In this document: one piece after another, positions 9,380 through 18,109 of the stretch | Position numbering within the stretch: position 1 is the first letter of the stretch | Layout of the letters: each line of letters begins with the position of its first letter | Origin: Alphaproteobacteria bacterium | Lineage (GTDB): Bacteria > Pseudomonadota > Alphaproteobacteria > UBA828 | NCBI GenBank assembly: GCA_963667785.2 | Contig: CAXXMU010000006.1 | Span: forward strand, 1,141,779 to 1,205,778 | DNA: 64,000 bases | Reading direction: 5' to 3' | Made by a program: the position numbers and the translations under genes | Notes under the pieces: model-generated | Seen by the model: the letters and a program-made list of their open reading frames with translations, nothing else | Database searches by the model: none | What the model was told of the DNA's origin: nothing

Positions 9380-10101
9380 CACTGGCACACCGCCGGCTTG
9401 AGCTCGGGCAGGGGCACGTCGTCGTTCGCCGGATCGGGCGGGAAGCCTGTGAAGCGGCTGATCCGCTTCACATATCCCCGCGTCTCGTCCGCGTGCCGGC
9501 CCGTGCACAGGTGGAGCGAGGGCTCGATGCCGTTCCAGAGCAGCGCCCCCTGCGCCCGGCGCTGACCGCAGAGGATGCTGCCGAGGCCGGCGTTGTAGCT
9601 GGCCCAGGCCAACCGGAAGCCCTCGGCCTCGGGCCGCGGCGACGACCACTGCTTCCGCAGCCCGATCATGTAGACGGCCTGCGCCTCGACGGAATCCCTC
9701 GCGTCGAAGGGATCCAGCCTGCGGCCGAGCTTCCGCGCCACCTCGGCGAGGGTCGGGTCCATGAACTGCGTGAGTCCCTTCGCGCCGACCGGCGACGTCG
9801 CCCGTGGCTTCAGGCCGCTCTCAGCCGCCGCCTGCGCTTTCAGCCAGCACCAGTTGCGCTCGATCGGTGCCGGCCAGTGCTTCGACGCGGCACGGCGGAA
9901 CAGGTCGTCGAACTGGCGGTTGCTCCGGTAGACGGCCGGGAGGTTCGGGCAGTCGCCCTGCGGCACCACGAGCGGCGAGCGGTTGGGGCTCTCGAGGGCA
10001 TTCGCGTCCGGCGGCCATATGAACAGAGCCGCCACAAAGGCGGTGGCCACGATCAAGAGCATGACGCCCGCCATCCGCACCAATTCCCCCGGAGTGCTCA
10101 T
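9379..10101 (-). CDS. lytic transglycosylase (SLT) endolysin with N-terminal TM/SAR-like segment
   Basis: AQAAAESG, ATSPVGAKGLTQFM, ASYNAGLG and ETRGYV SLT motifs. Confidence 0.85.
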   Translation of the reverse strand: MSTPGELVRMAGVMLLIVATAFVAALFIWPPDANALESPNRSPLVVPQGDCPNLPAVYRSNRQFDDLFRRAASKHWPAPIERNWCWLKAQAAAESGLKPRATSPVGAKGLTQFMDPTLAEVARKLGRRLDPFDARDSVEAQAVYMIGLRKQWSSPRPEAEGFRLAWASYNAGLGSILCGQRRAQGALLWNGIEPSLHLCTGRHADETRGYVKRISRFTGFPPDPANDDVPLPELKPAVCQ

Positions 10102-10107
10102 GGTAGC

Positions 10108-10869
10108 CTACCCGTGCGGCGTGGCGAGGCTCGCGATCACCATGTAGACGCCGATGATGTAGGCCGCAGTCGGCAGCGCGCCGGCGAGCAGGACCAGGCC
10201 GGCCTGCTTCTCCGCGTCGCGCTCGGGCTGGGTCATGGCGTCCTCGAGAGCGCCGGCGGCACGCTTCGTCCACGCCTGCCGCAGGTGCTGCACGGCATCG
10301 CGGATCTCGTCGATGTTCGGCAGCAGGCCCTTCTCGACCGCCTTGCGGTGCAGGAGGAGGCCGAAGCCGATGGCGAGCAGAAAGCCGACCACCATGTTGA
10401 TCGCGCTCACGATCAGGTGGTCGAGCGCGTTGTCGCCGTGGTCAGGCTGCGTCGCCGCATGGAGCGCCGCGGCCTTCTCGTCGACGATCCGCGAGAGCTG
10501 TTGCGCCACCAGGTCGACGCTTGCCGGGTCGAGCACGACCGCCTCCGCGCCGTGGGCGTCGGGCGCAAGCACCGCGCCGGCTCCAAGGGCCATGACGCCG
10601 ACCATGAGAACCAGCACCAGGTGGCGCGCCAGGATCGTGATGGGAGAGGCCAGCACGCAGATGGCCAGCACGCCGCCCATCGCCCACTCGACCGGCTGGC
10701 ACCGCCAGCGCGTCCCGGAGAGCCGACCTCGCAGAAGGTCCGGGAGCCACCAGACCACCAGATCAAGGATGCCCTCGAGACCGAGGCCTCGCGGCCGCTC
10801 GCGGAGACGGAGATAGAGCACGCCGATGGCCAGATAGATGGCGATGGCGCAGGCTGCGATGACGATCAT
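10108..10869 (-). CDS. multi-TM membrane protein, possible holin/antiholin
   Basis: Several TM segments; directly upstream of the endolysin; GGAGAA RBS. Confidence 0.5.
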   Translation of the reverse strand: MIVIAACAIAIYLAIGVLYLRLRERPRGLGLEGILDLVVWWLPDLLRGRLSGTRWRCQPVEWAMGGVLAICVLASPITILARHLVLVLMVGVMALGAGAVLAPDAHGAEAVVLDPASVDLVAQQLSRIVDEKAAALHAATQPDHGDNALDHLIVSAINMVVGFLLAIGFGLLLHRKAVEKGLLPNIDEIRDAVQHLRQAWTKRAAGALEDAMTQPERDAEKQAGLVLLAGALPTAAYIIGVYMVIASLATPHG

Positions 10870-10976
10870 GGTGGCGTTCTCCGTTTCTGTCTGACGGCGC
10901 CGGAGTCCTTGCAAGCGCCCCCGCGCTCGGCTACGATCTGTCCGTTCAGCAAGAGTCCTCTAGCGGCGTGTGTTCC

Positions 10977-11010
10977 GAGCCGGGGCCCTCATTGGCCCCG
11001 GCTCTTTTTT
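10977..11010 (+). terminator. rho-independent terminator (plus orientation)
   Basis: gagccggggcc...ggccccggctc followed by T6. Confidence 0.65.
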
Positions 11011-11053
11011 CATGCCGCTACGCTCGGCCCGCGCATCGTTCCTCTCTCGGTCC

Positions 11054-11128
11054 TGGTTGCGGGGGCAGGAATTGCACCTGCGACCTCGTGGTTATGAGCC
11101 ACGCGAGCTACTGCTGTTCCACCCCGCA
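11054..11128 (-). tRNA. tRNA-Met(CAT)-like, non-canonical
   Basis: Reverse complement folds as TGCGGGG/CCCCGCA acceptor, CGTGG-CTCATAA-CCACG anticodon arm, GCAGG-TGCAATT-CCTGC T arm, encoded ACCA end. Confidence 0.85.
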
Positions 11129-11153
11129 TCTGCAGCCTGTTTCCTCGGCGACC

Positions 11154-11168
11154 GGAATCCTTGTCAAG
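11154..11168 (-). promoter_or_regulatory. phage promoter-like motif CTTGACAAGGATTCC (upstream of tRNA)
   Basis: One of nine copies; its TTGACA ends about 34 nt before the tRNA 5' end. Confidence 0.65.
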
Positions 11169-11286
11169 CGATTCCGATGGCTGCGCGGCCTCACTCGACG
11201 GTCTCCGTCTGGATCCGGTGCTGCAGGTTGGCGACCGCGCCTAACAGTGGGAACACATGCTCCTCGGATACGTAGGCGCTCCACAG

Positions 11287-11661
11287 CTACTCGCGCACGA
11301 CGACCGAGTAGAGCAGCGCCGTGCCTCCCGGTTTTACCGTGCCGACCTCTTTCACGTTGTAGATGGCTCCGCTGACCGTCACTTTATCGCCCGGGCGGGG
11401 CTGCACGGTCAGCGTGGTCGCACCGATCAAGAGCTTGTGATCTCCGTCTTCCACAAGCCCCGCCGCGCGCTCCTCAGCCGAAAACTCTCCCCAGATGCAG
11501 ACGAATTCATAGGAGGCCGTGGTTTCGCCCGTCGGCGCATAGCTCGGGCCGGAGTGGCCCGTGACGCGGGTGAGCGTGCCGCGGAGCTGGCCGGCGCCGA
11601 AGCGCGTCCCGGCGCGGGACAGGATGCCTTCGACGCGCTTGGCGAAGGCCGTGCCGGTCAT
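11287..11661 (-). CDS. head-closure/head-tail joining protein
   Basis: GLVEDGDHKLLI...PRPGDKVTVSG...VKPGG pattern; follows the DnaT-like neck gene. Confidence 0.65.
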   Translation of the reverse strand: MTGTAFAKRVEGILSRAGTRFGAGQLRGTLTRVTGHSGPSYAPTGETTASYEFVCIWGEFSAEERAAGLVEDGDHKLLIGATTLTVQPRPGDKVTVSGAIYNVKEVGTVKPGGTALLYSVVVRE

Positions 11662-12308
11662 CCCCTTACCGCCAAACTGCTCACTCGGCTCCCCCCGGCC
11701 CCGCCCCCGCCCCCGCCCGCTGCGGTGTCGAGGAACTCGCCGATCAGGTCCTGCACCAGGAGAAGAACCGGCCGGGCGCCGTAGGCGTCCTGGCGGCTGG
11801 TATCGTAGGTAACGGCGACCGGGCCCGCCTTCTCCATCTTGACCCGGTCGTGAGCCGTGTAGGCAGGCTGGAGTGCGGACGGGTTTTCGAGCTCGTAGAA
11901 TGCCGCCTCGGCGGTCGCCCACTTAAGCCTGCGCGGGATGCTGCCCTCGCCGCTGTTCGGCACGTAGGCTCCCTCGCGGTCATAGACGCCGTATCGGGGC
12001 CAGGCGAGCGCTTGGAAGTGATCCACGCCGTCGCGCGTCGAATTCCGTCCGTAGGTGCGGTAGCCCTTCCAGCGGAAGGATTCAGACAGGTACTGCGTCG
12101 CGCGGACGATCGCGGCGTCGATCTGGGCGGCAACGTAGGATGTCTGCCCGACCAAGAGCGGATCGTCGTCCGCGAAGCTCGACGGGTGGTCGGTCTTCCC
12201 AGGCACCGTTCCCCGGCCACGCTCGACCCAATACTGCAGGGCGTAGACGTGGCTGATGAACGCGTTGGCGTCTTCTCGTCCGGTGCCGTCTTCAACGATG
12301 AGGGGCAT
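11658..12308 (-). CDS. DnaT-like phage neck/adaptor protein
   Basis: MPLIVEDGTG, QALAWPR, IPRRLKWATAEAA and KMEKAGPVAVTY motifs. Confidence 0.75.
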   Translation of the reverse strand: MPLIVEDGTGREDANAFISHVYALQYWVERGRGTVPGKTDHPSSFADDDPLLVGQTSYVAAQIDAAIVRATQYLSESFRWKGYRTYGRNSTRDGVDHFQALAWPRYGVYDREGAYVPNSGEGSIPRRLKWATAEAAFYELENPSALQPAYTAHDRVKMEKAGPVAVTYDTSRQDAYGARPVLLLVQDLIGEFLDTAAGGGGGGAGGSRVSSLAVRG

Positions 12309-12321
12309 GGCCCCGCGACTT

Positions 12322-12906
12322 CTACCCGTCGGTCAGCGCAGCTTCGGCTTCGTCGCGCTCGGCGGCCGAAATGTCGTAGCCGAGGATCGCCTCGATGGCC
12401 TCCACCTGTGGCTTGCCGCTCTTGGTGAAATGATCGGAGTTGTCCCGGTCGAACTTGCCGATCGCGCCCTTGATGGCCTCGAGGCGCTCGGCGGGATCGG
12501 TTGGAACCCTCTGCGCCGCTTCCCGCTGCTGCTTGGCTTCCTCTCTGGCGGCGTTGCGCTCGCGGATGGCTTCCGCGTAGTCCGCCTGGAGCGCCTCGAG
12601 CTCGGCCTCTGCGTCCGCCTTGGCTTTCTCGGCGGCTTCGCGCGCGGCCCGCTCGGCCGCGACGGCCTTCTGCGCCTCATCGAGAGACGCCTCAGCCCTC
12701 TCGGCGCGCTCAAGGGCTTCGCTCGTTTCCTTCCGAGCGCGGGCCATGTCGGCGGCTGGTGCGGCCGCATCGGCCGGTCCGGGAGCCGGCGCCGGCAGCT
12801 CTTCGCCCTCGGCGAGGGTCATGGTCAGCGCGTCAAAGTCCGACGCATTGATGATCCGGACGTCACCCTCTCCGTCCTGCACTTTCACGGTCGGGATGCG
12901 GGCCAT
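12322..12906 (-). CDS. capsid-associated hypothetical protein (coiled coil + C-terminal helical domain)
   Basis: Follows MCP; DHFTKSGKPQVEAIEAILG...AAERDEA. Confidence 0.6.
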   Translation of the reverse strand: MARIPTVKVQDGEGDVRIINASDFDALTMTLAEGEELPAPAPGPADAAAPAADMARARKETSEALERAERAEASLDEAQKAVAAERAAREAAEKAKADAEAELEALQADYAEAIRERNAAREEAKQQREAAQRVPTDPAERLEAIKGAIGKFDRDNSDHFTKSGKPQVEAIEAILGYDISAAERDEAEAALTDG

Positions 12907-12986
12907 GTCGCTGTTCTCCTGTCGGTTCGGGGCGGGGCGAGAACCGCGCCGAGGCGCGAGCCCCCGCCCCTATGGGGCTTGAACTG

Positions 12987-14144
12987 TTAGCCGAGCAGAA
13001 TGGCCAGATGCGCCGGCTTGATCACGCTCGACCCCCACGCGATGCCCACCGTGTAGGTCACCTGATGGAACTGGCGGTAGACGGCAATGTCGAACGGGAG
13101 CCCGCTGACGGGATCGATGACCGTCGTGCGATCGTCGGCGGCGTCCCCGCCTTCCGGGATGGCCGGGAGACGGACACCCAGCACGATCGCGTCACGGCTG
13201 AACGCCAGGCTGGGCGTGTAGTCGCCGACGGCCGTGATGGCCGCGTTATCCGCAGCTGCCTCGCGCAGGCCCGGGTTCTGGATGCTCAGCGTGGCCGCCG
13301 ACGCGGCCATCGCCTTGGCGACGTACTTGTTGGTGTCGCCGGCAAGGGTGACGACGTCGCCCGCGTTGAGGATTTCGCCGGCGCCGCCCCCGTCGACGGT
13401 CAGGTCGGTGGCCCCGACCGGCTCGCCGGCGCCCTTGTTGATCGCGACGCCCGAGATGGTGCCCGACGCGTCGTGCTCGGTGAACTGCACGCTCTCGCCG
13501 AGATCGAAGTTCAGCAGCATACCGACTGCACCCATGCGGCGACCCATCGGAGTGCCATCCTCGTTCACTCGGAAGACCGACGGCTGCTTGCCGCGCAGGT
13601 TGGCCGACGCCGCGTCGTTCAGCACCAGGGAGCGGCCGCTCGGGGGTGCGCCGTTCTGGTCGAGAATCCGCCGCACCTGGGCGATGTCGCTCAGGTCGTC
13701 CTTCGTGCCGAAGGGCGTGGTGCCGGCGGTGCCGTAGGCGCGCGATGCGCCGACGTACCGGTCGCAGAGCTCCTTCTCGATCTTGTTGGCCAGCGTGCGA
13801 AACGCCTCCAAGAAGGATTGCGTCATGAGGTCGTCGTTGGTCCCGGCCACGGAGAGGCCGAGCTCCTCCTCACCCGTGAGGTGGAACGAGTGCACCTCCG
13901 AATTGTCGACCGTCAGCGTGACATTCCCGACGTCACGGTCGCTTCCGGTCGGCGCGACGTTGCTCGGCACGATGGGCGCGCTGGTCGCCTTCGGCGCCAC
14001 GGGGGCGATGATGGATTGCCCCTTGGCAACGCGCTCGATGCTGGCCGAGCGGGAGACGGCCGGGACCATGCCGGTCATCTCGCGGCTGACCACGTTGAGC
14101 GCCGCGAAGATTTTCGGGTACAGGTTGGTCAGGGTGTTGGCCAT
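12987..14144 (-). CDS. major capsid protein (P22 coat-protein-like family)
   Basis: MANTLT start, 385 aa, LAFSRDAIVLGVRLP and TVIDPVSGLPFDIAVYRQFHQ motifs; position in head module. Confidence 0.8.
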   Translation of the reverse strand: MANTLTNLYPKIFAALNVVSREMTGMVPAVSRSASIERVAKGQSIIAPVAPKATSAPIVPSNVAPTGSDRDVGNVTLTVDNSEVHSFHLTGEEELGLSVAGTNDDLMTQSFLEAFRTLANKIEKELCDRYVGASRAYGTAGTTPFGTKDDLSDIAQVRRILDQNGAPPSGRSLVLNDAASANLRGKQPSVFRVNEDGTPMGRRMGAVGMLLNFDLGESVQFTEHDASGTISGVAINKGAGEPVGATDLTVDGGGAGEILNAGDVVTLAGDTNKYVAKAMAASAATLSIQNPGLREAAADNAAITAVGDYTPSLAFSRDAIVLGVRLPAIPEGGDAADDRTTVIDPVSGLPFDIAVYRQFHQVTYTVGIAWGSSVIKPAHLAILLG

Positions 14145-14172
14145 GACGGGCTCCCTTCATGTAGCAGTTGGA

Positions 14173-14257
14173 AGCCATCGTCGGCCGATCAGTGCCGCAT
14201 CGCGCGGCGATCCAAGGATTCGAGGGACGCTAGTGCCGCAGCGGAATCCTTGTCAAG
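14173..14257 (-). promoter_or_regulatory. promoter TTGACA-N18-TAGCGT plus conserved leader shared with 43343-43429
   Basis: Motif copy at 14243-14257; a 39-nt block is 37/39 identical to 43343-43381. Confidence 0.7.
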
Positions 14258-14347
14258 CGTCCCTTCCGCACGGGGGGCGACATCGGCGACCCGTGAGGCG
14301 TGCCCAAGCCCCGCTCCGATTGAGTCAACGCCGACGGCACGCAGCGG

Positions 14348-15334
14348 CTAGTACGGTGGCCAGATGCCTTCGCGCACGGTCCATTCTGTCGAGCCCGTTT
14401 TGACCGCCGAAAATACGCCGCGCTGATTGCCTCCGCTGCCGATCATTTCCGACGTTCCGGCGGCGGTCAGGGTCGCGATGCCCCTGCATGAGAACAGCTT
14501 GAGCGTCCCGCTGACCCACTTGAGGTTGACGGAATTGTTGCCCTGCGTACGGCAGGCCAACACCAGTCGGTCGCCGATATTGCCGAGAGCGCCATCAAGC
14601 GATACGTCGATTGTTCCGGTGCTATAGAAGCTGTTCCACTTGCCGATATCGGAAGTGGCGAGAACGTGCGACGCGGTTCTGTGCGTGCCGTTGCTTGGCG
14701 GGGTCGCGGCACCCGGAATGTTGATCGTCTTTTCGGCACCCGCGCCGGAAGCCGTCACACCCGCGCCCGTGAAATTCAGCGTGGTCGCCGCGGTCGCGAG
14801 AGCGGTGCCCTCATCTTCGACGATGACCGCGCCAGGCGGCGGAGGCGGCGGCGCGCCCGGCGAAACCGGCGGCGCTCCGCTGCGGATAACCGCCGTTTCG
14901 TCGATCGCCAGCAACACCCGCAGCCGGATCGCGTCCGCCGCGCCGCCTACGAGGCGTTTCAGCGATTGCACCAGCACTTGGAAGTAGTACGTCTCGACCG
15001 AGCCGTTCTCATCGGGGGGGAGGCTGACCCGCACCGCATATTTCGACCGCGATGCTGCCGCTTCCTCGAGGACGGCTTGGCCCGCATCGGCTCCGTCGAA
15101 CAGAAGCTCGACCGCCAGGCTCCCCTCATCGACGGCGCCTTTGTACTTCTTTGTCCCGCCCCCACTGATCGCGCGAGACCGCACCATTTCATATTCCGGC
15201 CCGAACTCGCCGAGATCGACCACTTCGCCACATGGCGAGAAGGCCAGCGCCTCGTATTTCGCCTGCGTCGGCGTTCCCGTAACGAGACTCGCCGACATCG
15301 CCAGCGTGGTCTTGACGCTGCCTTTAGTCGCCAT
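14348..15334 (-). CDS. tail-tube-like domain fused via Pro linker to a fibre-like C-terminal domain
   Basis: N-terminal about 150 aa is paralogous to 41883..42341 (CGEVVDLGEFGPEY, KKYKGAVDEG, LLFDGADAGQ). Confidence 0.7.
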   Translation of the reverse strand: MATKGSVKTTLAMSASLVTGTPTQAKYEALAFSPCGEVVDLGEFGPEYEMVRSRAISGGGTKKYKGAVDEGSLAVELLFDGADAGQAVLEEAAASRSKYAVRVSLPPDENGSVETYYFQVLVQSLKRLVGGAADAIRLRVLLAIDETAVIRSGAPPVSPGAPPPPPPGAVIVEDEGTALATAATTLNFTGAGVTASGAGAEKTINIPGAATPPSNGTHRTASHVLATSDIGKWNSFYSTGTIDVSLDGALGNIGDRLVLACRTQGNNSVNLKWVSGTLKLFSCRGIATLTAAGTSEMIGSGGNQRGVFSAVKTGSTEWTVREGIWPPY

Positions 15335-15401
15335 TGAAACCCGGCCCCATGCTGAGCCGCGCAAGCAGGCGCTGGAATTCGCGGAGAGTCATAAGCTGAC
15401 G

Positions 15402-15779
15402 CTAACCGGCGGGGTGCGCCTCGTCGCGGCCGGCCAGATAGCCGCGCAGGTTCGCGATCTCGGCCCGCACGTCGCTGACGCCCTGATGCAGCGGCCGGCG
15501 GGCCTCAGCCTCGTCTTCCTTGAGGCTCGCAAGGTCCTTGGCGATCTCGCCGGCGAGCTGGTTGTGCTGCTCGGTCTGGACGCGCTCGGACTCCTCCACG
15601 CGGAGCCGGACGCCCTCGATGAGCTCCTTGATCTCCGGGTCGCGCTGCTGGAGCGCCTTGAGTTCCCCCTCGACCTTCGTCTTCCAGATGACGGCCCGCA
15701 CCAGGTGGGTGATGAAGGCGCCGATCAGGAGCAACAGCGTCGAGGCGATCAGGACGACGTACTCGGGGTGGAGCTCCAT
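15402..15779 (-). CDS. TM-anchored coiled-coil protein
   Basis: N-terminal TM helix followed by heptad-rich segment. Confidence 0.55.
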   Translation of the reverse strand: MELHPEYVVLIASTLLLLIGAFITHLVRAVIWKTKVEGELKALQQRDPEIKELIEGVRLRVEESERVQTEQHNQLAGEIAKDLASLKEDEAEARRPLHQGVSDVRAEIANLRGYLAGRDEAHPAG

Positions 15780-15820
15780 GATCGGGCCTTCCGTGTGGTT
15801 GCCCCGGCAGGGCGGGCGCT

Positions 15821-16339
15821 ACGGTCGCAGCCGCTTCTCCATCCAGCCGCGGTAGGTGATGTAGGCGACCAGCCGCTCCATCACGTCGTCGCCGTACCAG
15901 CGGACTTGGGCCTGCTCGCCGACCACGGCCTGCAGGCGCTCGTAGACGCGGACCTCCGCCGGGACGATCCCCCAGAGACGGTCGCAGAGCTGATGCACAG
16001 TCTCGGGCGACTGCTCGACCAGGCCGACGATCCCGCCAGCGTTCCGCCCGCAGGCTGGTAGAGCAGGTTGATCGTGACGTCGAGCAGCGCGCGGTTGCGG
16101 ATATAGGCGTCGGACGCGCTGCCAGCCTCGGCGACGTCCGGCTGCACGTTCACCTCTACCCCTTCCTCGACGCCATCGAGCTTGGTTTCGTCCAAGACGG
16201 TGAAGGGGTTGGCGACCTTGAGGGGGTCGCCGGCGACGCCGGTGCCGGTCAGGGTTCCGTCATGCACAACGGTCATGGCAACACCTCCGCTTTCGAAGAA
16301 GATCTGGGCATTGGGCCAGGACGCTGCCTTGCGGCTCAT
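15821..16339 (-). CDS. hypothetical virion-type protein, apparently frameshifted near 16040-16070
   Basis: N-terminal VVHDGTLTGTGVAGDPLKVA; protein-like sequence continues in another frame (VEQSPETVHQLCDRLWG...EKRLRP-stop). Confidence 0.4.
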
Positions 16340-16536
16340 CAGACATCGCCCAGCCGCTTTCGGAGCTCGCGGCGCTCGCGCGTCAGCAGGACGATGCGCC
16401 GGGCAAGCTGCTCCGGAGACTTCTTGCGCGCCATGATCTCGCCCTGTTCGTCGAGCCCGGCCGCCTCGACGGCCCTCTCGATCAGGCGCTCGCGGCGGCG
16501 GCCCCGCAGCCTCTCGAACACTCCGAACATCCGCAT
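16339..16536 (-). CDS. hypothetical protein
   Basis: Short ORF in tightly packed minus-strand operon with AGGAGG RBS. Confidence 0.5.
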   Translation of the reverse strand: MRMFGVFERLRGRRRERLIERAVEAAGLDEQGEIMARKKSPEQLARRIVLLTRERRELRKRLGDV

Positions 16537-16560
16537 CGCACCCTCCTGCTCAGGACGCGG

Positions 16561-16974
16561 CTAGGCGGTCGCGACGGCGTAGACCTGCCGATCGCAGCGC
16601 ACCATGAAGTCGCCGGCATGATGTGCCTCGATCCGCAGCCCGCCGAACGGGGCCTCCTCGACATCGAAGGTGGGCCCCGTGATGGTGCCGTGCTGCCGAT
16701 GGGTGACCCAGTCGCGCGACATCGCGGAATAGCTGTCGGGCGACGCATCGGGGCCGAAATGCAGCTCCAGGCGGCATTGCCCTTCGTCGGCGTCCGGTAT
16801 CCAGCCCCAGAAGATGTTGCACCAACCCTGCGGGGTGGTCTCGCGAACGCCGTCTTGAGTGAGGCCCGGAAGCAGGTAGAGAACCTCCGAGCCGCTTCCC
16901 GCGGCCCGCCAGCGCTGGCACCAGGTCAGCGCGTCGTTCTGGCCATCCGGACCGAGTTCGGGCGACCAAGCCAC
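16561..16974 (-). CDS. hypothetical protein
   Basis: Globular-looking 137-aa ORF packed in the head operon. Confidence 0.55.
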   Translation of the reverse strand: MAWSPELGPDGQNDALTWCQRWRAAGSGSEVLYLLPGLTQDGVRETTPQGWCNIFWGWIPDADEGQCRLELHFGPDASPDSYSAMSRDWVTHRQHGTITGPTFDVEEAPFGGLRIEAHHAGDFMVRCDRQVYAVATA

Positions 16975-16977
16975 GGG

Positions 16978-17241
16978 TCAGACCGCTTCGTTGTAGACTA
17001 CGAACCCGGTGTCGATCTGCCTCTCCGTCCAGACGAAGATCCCGGTCGACGGCGAGCGGCGCTTGCGGATGCGCTCGTCCGGCTGCAGGCGGTTTGCCGA
17101 CCGCCCGTCTACCGGCGGCGTGTCGAGCGGGGCGTCCTCGACGAAGATGATGATGTCGGCCCGGTTCTGGATTTCGTAGGGCGTGTTGACCTGGACGCCC
17201 TCGAGCGGCCGAGGCTGCCCCTTCAGGTTCTGCCGGGCCAT
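16978..17241 (-). CDS. hypothetical protein
   Basis: 87-aa ORF immediately after the scaffold gene. Confidence 0.55.
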   Translation of the reverse strand: MARQNLKGQPRPLEGVQVNTPYEIQNRADIIIFVEDAPLDTPPVDGRSANRLQPDERIRKRRSPSTGIFVWTERQIDTGFVVYNEAV

Positions 17242-17242
17242 G

Positions 17243-18055
17243 TCAGGCAGCCTCGTCGACGACCTTGTAGCCCTCGCCCATCTTCTTGGCCATTTCGGCC
17301 GGGTTCTCCGTGGCGAGTTTGTCGGCCTCGGCGCGCATCATGGTCTTGTCCCCGCCGCCTCCACCGCCGCCCGAGCCCGGCGCTCCGGTGCCGCTCTTGT
17401 TGGCGCCCTTCAGGATCTGGTCCTTGAACGGGGAGGCCTCGACGAGGACCTTCAGCGCCTCGTCGAATTCCGCCCGATCGCCCGGCTTCGACGGCGAAAA
17501 TATCTCATTGCCGTTCTCGTATTTGGCGACCACCTTGCCTTCCTCGATCGTGAAGTTCTTCCCGAAGTAGGCTTCGATCATGGGCACCGGCGCCGCCAGT
17601 TTCTCGGCGATGTACTTCGACCGCGCGAAGCGGCCGCCGATCATCTCCTTGTGGAGGGCTCCCTTGAGCTCGTCCCGCTCTTTGATCGCCGGCTTGTACT
17701 GCTGCTCGATCTGGTTCTCGTACTTCTCCTCGGTCGCCTTGATCGCCTCGGTCTTGACCTTCTCGACCTCGCCGGCGTCCACCAGCTTCTTGTCGTCGAG
17801 GTTCTTGACCGTCGACAGCGCCTTCCTTGCGGCCTCGGGATCGTCGATCCCCTCGAACGTCGCCAGCCGTTCCTTCGCTTCCTTGAGCTCGCGGCGCCGC
17901 GTGGCGCTTTCGCCGTTCACCTCGTGCAGCTTGTCGGCCAGGCTCTCGCCGTTGTAGCCGATTTCCTTGCCGTCCTCGGTCGTGTAGAGCGGGTCGCCGT
18001 CATCCGACAGCTCGGCGTACTTCTTGCCTTCGATCTCAACGATTTTCAGCGCCAT
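17243..18055 (-). CDS. capsid scaffolding protein (DUF6651-like)
   Basis: Charged coiled coil, DPEAARKALSTVKNLDDKKLVDAGEVE, C-terminal KSGTGAPG; lies between portal and MCP. Confidence 0.75.
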   Translation of the reverse strand: MALKIVEIEGKKYAELSDDGDPLYTTEDGKEIGYNGESLADKLHEVNGESATRRRELKEAKERLATFEGIDDPEAARKALSTVKNLDDKKLVDAGEVEKVKTEAIKATEEKYENQIEQQYKPAIKERDELKGALHKEMIGGRFARSKYIAEKLAAPVPMIEAYFGKNFTIEEGKVVAKYENGNEIFSPSKPGDRAEFDEALKVLVEASPFKDQILKGANKSGTGAPGSGGGGGGGDKTMMRAEADKLATENPAEMAKKMGEGYKVVDEAA

Positions 18056-18109
18056 GGTTCACTCCTCCATCTCGGATTGTCGTTGCCCGTCGCGGGCGGG
18101 TTGGGGTCG

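Noticed and set aside
11054-11128. tRNA as prophage attachment site
   Set aside because: It lies inside the late region between lysis and neck genes; I saw no duplicate 3' end and no integrase.
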